NCBI GenBank assembly: GCA_965228855.1
Contig: CBDDIJ010000003.1
Location: 96,001-160,000, forward strand
DNA length: 64,000 nucleotides
Source of the DNA: Candidatus Obscuribacterales bacterium
Lineage (GTDB): Bacteria; Cyanobacteriota; Vampirovibrionia; Obscuribacterales; Obscuribacteraceae
Direction: 5' to 3'
The notes below the pieces were generated by a model, which saw only the letters and a list, made by a program, of their open reading frames with translations, was not told the DNA's origin and did no database searches. The position numbers and the translations under genes are program-made. This document shows, piece after piece, positions 58,177-64,000 of the stretch; the stretch's first letter is position 1, and every line of letters begins with the position of its first letter.

Positions 58177-59640
58177 ATGACAAAGCTGAGATCGAATACG
58201 AAGTGGGATAACATCATCGAGGTAATCGATCAGAACCGCTACATGATTCCGCGCCATTACAAGCACGGGATGAATGTCGATGCCATGATCTTCAGCAGTC
58301 CTGAACTAATAAAGCATGTACTGACCGATCTGTCCCTTGAGCAGGCCGCCAATGTCGCCACGCTTCCTGGAATCGTGGGAAAGTCGCTCGCTATGCCGGA
58401 CATGCACCAGGGTTACGGCTTTCCGATTGGTGGTGTTGCCGGCATGGATCCGGAAACGGGTGTGGTCTCGCCTGGTGGTGTTGGATTCGATATCAACTGC
58501 GGAGTGCGCTTAATTTCCAGTCCACTAAGTTTTAAAGACGTAGAGTCTAATCTGGACGAGCTGGTCACGGCTTTGTTTAAAGCTGTTCCAACCGGGGCTG
58601 GTAAAGACGGTCGCATCCATCTCAGTTCGCGAGAGCTTGATGCCGTGCTGAAGGGCGGATCAAAGTGGGCTGTCAAAGAAGGTTATGGAATCAACGCTGA
58701 TTTGGAGCGCACCGAAGATGGTGGCTGTTTATCTCACGCTGTTGAAACGGCTGTGACTGAGCGAGCCCGAAAACGGGGAGGCAGTCAACTTGGAACGCTA
58801 GGGTCCGGGAATCATTTCCTGGAAGTCGATGTCGTCGAGCAGATTTTCGACAGAGACGCGGCCGAAGCATTTGGTTTATTCGACCAGCAGATATGTTTCA
58901 TGGTGCATTGTGGATCGCGTGGTCTCGGGCATCAAGTCTGTACGGATTTCGTTGCAAACATGCAGCCGGTGATGAAGCGCTACGACATTACATTGGCTGA
59001 TAGAGAACTGGCATGCTGCCCGATTAATTCGCCAGAGGGTCAGAGTTATCTCGGCGCAATGGCTGCGGCTGCCAATTTTGCTTTCGCGAATCGCCAGTGC
59101 ATAACCGAATGGATTCGAAAAGTTGTGCGTAAACTCTATGGAGGTTCAACGAATTTGTCGTTGGTCTACGACGTTGCTCACAATATGGCTAAGTTCGAAA
59201 ATCATACGGTCGATGGCAAAGACATGCGCGTTCTCGTTCATAGAAAAGGTGCTACCAGAGCTTTTCCTGCCGGACGCCCGGAGCTTGCCGAAATGTTCCA
59301 GAAGACCGGACAGCCAGTGATTATTCCTGGCGATATGGGACGAGCGTCGTATGTTCTGGTTGGCACAGAGCAGGCGCTTAAGGAAACGTTTGGTAGCGTC
59401 TGTCATGGTGCCGGGCGCCTAATGAGCAGAACGCAAGCACGGAAGAATAGACAATCGAAAGATGTGATTGCCGCATTGAAAGCGCGCGGAGTGATTGCCA
59501 AAGCATCAACACGCGAGGGATTGACCGAAGAGGTGCCGGAGGCATACAAGCCGATCGACGACGTGGTGCGCGCCGTCAAGGACGCCGGTCTTGCGCGACC
59601 AGTCGCGAGGCTGAAACCGATTGGAGTGGTTAAAGGATAG
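58177..59640 (+). CDS. rtcB: RNA-splicing/repair ligase RtcB (archaeal/eukaryote-like clade); start 58126 or 58177
   Basis: PDMHQGYGFPIG, GFDINCG, GNHF, HCGSRG, HRKGA, PGDMG, HGAGR. Confidence 0.95.
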   Translation: MTKLRSNTKWDNIIEVIDQNRYMIPRHYKHGMNVDAMIFSSPELIKHVLTDLSLEQAANVATLPGIVGKSLAMPDMHQGYGFPIGGVAGMDPETGVVSPGGVGFDINCGVRLISSPLSFKDVESNLDELVTALFKAVPTGAGKDGRIHLSSRELDAVLKGGSKWAVKEGYGINADLERTEDGGCLSHAVETAVTERARKRGGSQLGTLGSGNHFLEVDVVEQIFDRDAAEAFGLFDQQICFMVHCGSRGLGHQVCTDFVANMQPVMKRYDITLADRELACCPINSPEGQSYLGAMAAAANFAFANRQCITEWIRKVVRKLYGGSTNLSLVYDVAHNMAKFENHTVDGKDMRVLVHRKGATRAFPAGRPELAEMFQKTGQPVIIPGDMGRASYVLVGTEQALKETFGSVCHGAGRLMSRTQARKNRQSKDVIAALKARGVIAKASTREGLTEEVPEAYKPIDDVVRAVKDAGLARPVARLKPIGVVKG

Positions 59641-59684
59641 TTTTAAAACGTAAGTGATTTTGGAAACCTTAGAAGGAGAGATAA

Positions 59685-61340
59685 ATGACACAGCCCGGCG
59701 AGATAATGGATGATCCTCTTTGGTACAAGGATGTTATCGTCTATCAACTTCACGTCAAAACATTCTTCGACAGCAACGGCGATGGTTATGGTGACTTCGC
59801 TGGTCTGATTGAAAAGCTCGATTACATCGAGCAGTTAGGCGTAAATTGCATCTGGATCTTGCCATTTTATCCTTCGCCGTTGCGCGACGATGGTTATGAC
59901 ATTGCCGACTACGTCAGTATCAACCCGCTTTACGGAACGATGCAGGACGCAAAAAATTTCATCAAGGAAGCGCATCGTCGCAACATCCGAGTGATCACCG
60001 AGCTTGTTATCAATCACACTTCCGATCAACACGAGTGGTTTAAACGCGCGAAGGCTGCGCCTCCTGACAGTAACGAGCGCAACTATTATGTGTGGAGCGA
60101 CACCGATGCAAAATTCGATGATGCTCGCATCATATTTATCGATACTGAGGCATCCAATTGGACCTGGGATTCAACCGCCAAGGCTTACTATTGGCACCGC
60201 TTCTTCAGCCATCAGCCGGATTTGAACTTTGATAATCCCGAAGTCACCAACGCTGTTCTAGATGTGATGCGCTTCTGGCTCGACATTGGTGTCGATGGTT
60301 TTCGTCTGGATGCAATTCCTTATCTCATCGAACGCGAAGGCACCAACTGCGAAAACTTGCCGGAAACGCACGCGATTCTCAAACAATTTCGCGCCGCCCT
60401 GGATAAGGACTACAAGAATAAATTGTTTCTTGCGGAGGCTAACCAATGGCCTGCTGACGTGATTCAGTACTTCGGCAGTGGAACAGACGAATGCCACATG
60501 GCCTATCACTTCCCTCTCATGCCGCGGATCTTCATGGCTTTGCACCAGCAAACGCGAACACCGATTGTTGAAATCATGCGACAAACACCGGACATCCCGG
60601 AGTCCTGTCAATGGGCGATATTTTTGCGCAACCACGACGAGCTGACACTAGAGATGGTGACGGATGAAGAACGTGACTATATGTACGCAGCTTATGCGGA
60701 ACATCCGATTATGCGCTGCAACGTCGGTATTCGTCGTCGCTTAGCGCCGTTGCTGGAGAACAGTCGTCCGCGTGTAGAATTGGCGAACAGCCTCTTGTTT
60801 TCAATGCCGGGTACGCCGATTGTTTATTACGGCGACGAAATCGGAATGGGCGATAACGTTTACCTCGGAGATAGAAACGGCGTACGCACGCCGATGCAGT
60901 GGAACGGCGATCGCAACGGCGGGTTCTCACGCGCTTCCTTTGCGCAGCTCTACTCGCCGCCCTTGATGGATCCTGTGAGCGGCTATCAGGTGATTAACGT
61001 CGAAGCTCAGCAACTCGACAAGTCCTCATTGTTGCACTGGATGCGCAGAATCATTCGTTTGCGCAAACAGTACAAGGTGTTTGGTCGGGGCACAATCGAA
61101 TTTATCGAACCTGCTAACAGAAAAGTTCTCGCTTACATACGGCGCTATGAAAATGAAACAGTTTTGTGTCTCGCCAACCTCTCATACTCTCCTCAATCAG
61201 CCGATCTTCATCTTGAGAGATACGCAGGCAAAACGCCGGTTGAGATGTTCGGCATGGAAGCGTTTCACGAGATAACGGAGCAACCATATGTGGTGACATT
61301 CGCACCTTACGGTTTCTACTGGTTGCTGCTGGAAAAATAA
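59685..61340 (+). CDS. treS: Trehalose synthase (maltose alpha-D-glucosyltransferase), without maltokinase fusion
   Basis: [44 protein letters not shown]. Confidence 0.95.
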   Translation: MTQPGEIMDDPLWYKDVIVYQLHVKTFFDSNGDGYGDFAGLIEKLDYIEQLGVNCIWILPFYPSPLRDDGYDIADYVSINPLYGTMQDAKNFIKEAHRRNIRVITELVINHTSDQHEWFKRAKAAPPDSNERNYYVWSDTDAKFDDARIIFIDTEASNWTWDSTAKAYYWHRFFSHQPDLNFDNPEVTNAVLDVMRFWLDIGVDGFRLDAIPYLIEREGTNCENLPETHAILKQFRAALDKDYKNKLFLAEANQWPADVIQYFGSGTDECHMAYHFPLMPRIFMALHQQTRTPIVEIMRQTPDIPESCQWAIFLRNHDELTLEMVTDEERDYMYAAYAEHPIMRCNVGIRRRLAPLLENSRPRVELANSLLFSMPGTPIVYYGDEIGMGDNVYLGDRNGVRTPMQWNGDRNGGFSRASFAQLYSPPLMDPVSGYQVINVEAQQLDKSSLLHWMRRIIRLRKQYKVFGRGTIEFIEPANRKVLAYIRRYENETVLCLANLSYSPQSADLHLERYAGKTPVEMFGMEAFHEITEQPYVVTFAPYGFYWLLLEK

Positions 61341-61355
61341 TGTGCGGCAATCACT

Positions 61356-62660
61356 TCAGGGCTTCAGTTTTAGCGCTTTGATGACCGCAGCCCTCAGATC
61401 CGGCACAATGTATCCTTGAGAGGTTTCCTTGCCGGTTTTGTATAGGAGATGGTCGGCTTTCGCCGGAGTCAATTTGGGTTCGAGGCTCATGAGCAGTGCA
61501 ATTGCTCCAGACCAGTGAGGAGCGGCATAAGAAGTCCCGGAGCCGGAAGCTGCAGTCGATATCGCATTACTGTACGTTCGAACATTTACGGACGGAGCAA
61601 CGGCTTTGAATGGCCCGTACGTAGACTGAGTCCAGTACATGTCATTTTCATCAATTCCTCCGACTCTGCGAATTGTCTTTTTTGACTTGCTTGGATCTTC
61701 AATCGGGTCATTGCCAGCCGCGTTGATCAGGATGTCCTTATGCTTTGAAAGCATTTTGGCAATGTCTTGTATCAACTCCGAACCATTGTAGGTTGGCAAA
61801 CCGAATGACTGAATGCTGAGGTTGATAGCAGATGGACCGCCCCTCTCCGCTTGATGGTCTACACACCAGTTAAGCGCTCGGATGACGTCGATAGTATCGA
61901 TTTGTCCTGCAGCGTTTGATACCCGGCAACACGTCAGCGCGACCGACGGGGCTGTATGCGATGCCACGCCGGCAAGCAATATGCCATTATTAGTGGTGGC
62001 GGCCGCAATCGCGGCAACCGCGGTGCCGTGAACCTGTGGGTCTCCAGCTGCTTCTGGTACGCCATCCAGTCCGCCGACGAAATTGAACTGAGTGATATTC
62101 GTCCACTCGTTCGATACGGGAGTGCATCCCGAGTCAATAATAGTCAGTCTGGGCTGTGCAACCTGCGATACGTTCTTCGCCTCGAGCAAGCAGCGCATTT
62201 CGCTGAAATTGATCTGTTGAAGGTTGAGTTGGTTGGCAAACTCTGGATCGTTGATTGAGGGGACGCATTGGTTCAACTTGCTGGCGAATTTGATCTCTGC
62301 TGTGCTGAGATCCGGGTCTGCCGAGTTCTTAACGCTATACAAAGCTGATTTTACAGACCCTGATCTCGGCTGCACTTCTAAGATCACATAATGTTCGGTC
62401 TTTGACCTGATCTCGTTGACGACCATCAGTCCGCGCTTTTGCAAACGGGTTTTGAATTTGTCTATATCTACATTCGGGCGACTCATTATGAGTACGCTCT
62501 GTCCCGCCGGAATTCGCTTGGCCTGAGCGATTTGAGGAAATACCGACAGGAGAATGAAGAACGAAAACAAATAGAGGGTCTGTATTGTTCCTCTTTTAGG
62601 AAACAATTCGTGAGCGGTTCGACTTCGAAATGAAGCCACGCCGTGACTCGGTAATTTCAA
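61356..62660 (-). CDS. Secreted S8 subtilisin-like protease
   Basis: IIDSG, HGTAVA, AAGN, GTSYAAP; signal-like hydrophobic segment and prodomain. Confidence 0.9.
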   Translation of the reverse strand: MKLPSHGVASFRSRTAHELFPKRGTIQTLYLFSFFILLSVFPQIAQAKRIPAGQSVLIMSRPNVDIDKFKTRLQKRGLMVVNEIRSKTEHYVILEVQPRSGSVKSALYSVKNSADPDLSTAEIKFASKLNQCVPSINDPEFANQLNLQQINFSEMRCLLEAKNVSQVAQPRLTIIDSGCTPVSNEWTNITQFNFVGGLDGVPEAAGDPQVHGTAVAAIAAATTNNGILLAGVASHTAPSVALTCCRVSNAAGQIDTIDVIRALNWCVDHQAERGGPSAINLSIQSFGLPTYNGSELIQDIAKMLSKHKDILINAAGNDPIEDPSKSKKTIRRVGGIDENDMYWTQSTYGPFKAVAPSVNVRTYSNAISTAASGSGTSYAAPHWSGAIALLMSLEPKLTPAKADHLLYKTGKETSQGYIVPDLRAAVIKALKLKP

Positions 62661-62864
62661 AATCTAATTCTCCAACACAGGAAGATTCGACTGTTGCGAA
62701 ACTCGCACGGCTACCTTTTCGATCTTATGGTAGTTTCATGGTACCACCGGCTGAGGCCTGCCGTATATAAAATCTTGACGTTACCCGAGGCGCTATTGCC
62801 TCCTGGGTTTGTTATTCTTCAGATCGTTTGCATGTTTGTGAGAACTAGCTTTGAGTTATTGCTA

Positions 62865-63311
62865 CTAGCCGGCTTTCTTGGTCAGCTCTCTTGCTTTTGA
62901 GAAGTCCGCTTCTGCGGCTCCAGTTTGACCGCACTCCTGTTTAGATTTGCCGCGCAGGTCATATTCTTCGGCCGAGCTCGCGGTCATCGCGGCAGCCTTT
63001 TTGAAGTCCACTTTGGCGGCTTCTTTTTTGCCGAGTTGTCTGTTGGTAAGACCTCGGTAGTAGAATCCACCGATGCATTTCGGATCTAATTCGACAACGG
63101 TGTTGAAACGTTCCAACGCGACTTTGAAATCTTTAGTATCGTAACGTCGTTTGCCGTCGGCATAAAGGTCGCTTGCCAGATTGGCTTTCGCGTTGGCGCC
63201 GGTTCCGCCACTTCCTGGTGCAGGTGGCTCACCCTGCTCCTTGGCAAGAGCGGTTGGTGCTGTGAGGACGAGCGCGCTGATCAGCGCAAGGAACGTATTT
63301 TTGATGGTCAT
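62865..63311 (-). CDS. Small secreted TPR protein
   Basis: ATG 63311 after GAGAAGGA; signal peptide; about three TPRs. Confidence 0.8.
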   Translation of the reverse strand: MTIKNTFLALISALVLTAPTALAKEQGEPPAPGSGGTGANAKANLASDLYADGKRRYDTKDFKVALERFNTVVELDPKCIGGFYYRGLTNRQLGKKEAAKVDFKKAAAMTASSAEEYDLRGKSKQECGQTGAAEADFSKARELTKKAG

Positions 63312-63382
63312 GTCCTTCTCCGGAAATGTTTCACAACGTGCTTCCTGGCCTGCCATTATCGCACTATCGTAAAAGTTTTTGC

Positions 63383-64000
63383 TTAATCGTTAAGAGTCGC
63401 GCTGCGCGGCATCTTCCTGCTGCCTGTCTCCGTTAAGTAGGATGACAAAATGCTCGCAATTTTCTCTCCACCCGACTGGCTGAGGTGAATCGGATCTAGA
63501 AAATCCTTTTTCGTAAAACTATTGTCGTCAGTGAGGTCTAAATATTCCGCATCGTATTGTTTGCACAAATCTTGAGTCTCACTTGATAGTCGTGGCTGCA
63601 ATTTCCGGAACTCGGCAACATCCTCGCTTTTCAGCATCGGCATGGAAATTACACTTGCTTCAATATTTTGCTTTTGCAGAAACCGCAGGGTTTCATCTAG
63701 GAACCGCATCTGGTGCTCAATGTTTTCGTCTGAGCACGAGAAATTTCTCGGATACATCTTGGTCTGAGCATTAAAAGTTTGTTTGTCGTCGGGAAGAAAA
63801 ACAAATTGACCCGGAGCCATTGTCGAAATCGGCGCTCTCACCATGCTTTGAAAAACCGCATATAGCTTACTTCCAACGGTTGGAAAAGCCAGATCGTACA
63901 GTGCTCCAAGTGGAACGCTCGATGAAAAGTAACGGTAATAATCAGAGCGACCGGGAAACGGGAGACCGTTGCTGAGAAACGATCGTGGTGTCACCGTTAG
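63383..64000 (-). CDS. SGNH-like (DUF1574-type) protein, 5' end beyond the window
   Basis: Frame is open to the right edge; VISMP, YLDL, FLDPIHLSQSGG (DxxH). Confidence 0.65.
   Translation of the reverse strand, partial: LTVTPRSFLSNGLPFPGRSDYYRYFSSSVPLGALYDLAFPTVGSKLYAVFQSMVRAPISTMAPGQFVFLPDDKQTFNAQTKMYPRNFSCSDENIEHQMRFLDETLRFLQKQNIEASVISMPMLKSEDVAEFRKLQPRLSSETQDLCKQYDAEYLDLTDDNSFTKKDFLDPIHLSQSGGEKIASILSSYLTETGSRKMPRSATLND

Overview
Gene-dense bacterial chromosomal window with about 45 CDS. I found no rRNA, tRNA, CRISPR array, transposase or integrase. The gene style suggests Vampirovibrionia/Melainabacteria (Ca. Obscuribacterales): eukaryote-like Ser/Thr kinases with a Zn-ribbon or TPRs, many TPR and LRR proteins, MshEN-like repeat proteins and OmpR-type regulators. 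This placement is inference only. Recognisable functions include a matrixin protease (cut by the left edge and missed by the ORF track), a MerR-HTH plus VIT/vWA operon, tricorn protease, xpt, a DUF62-like protein, a REC-Hpt-REC-REC-GGDEF cyclase coupled to msrB, HtrA, a KUP/KimA-like permease, two CPA1 antiporters, a two-component pair, tal-pgi, glk, a POT transporter, archease-rtcB-treS and a subtilase. Best candidates for something undescribed: (1) a roughly 290-nt rod-like structured intergenic element at 2190-2481 that I cannot assign to a known RNA family; (2) the MerR/VIT-vWA module with an array of TGACAG boxes and a probable leaderless promoter; (3) a response regulator with a polyglutamine tail; (4) a patatin with its catalytic Ser replaced by Asn, lying directly downstream of a four-repeat MshEN-like protein. 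All family calls come from reading motifs by eye; no searches were run.
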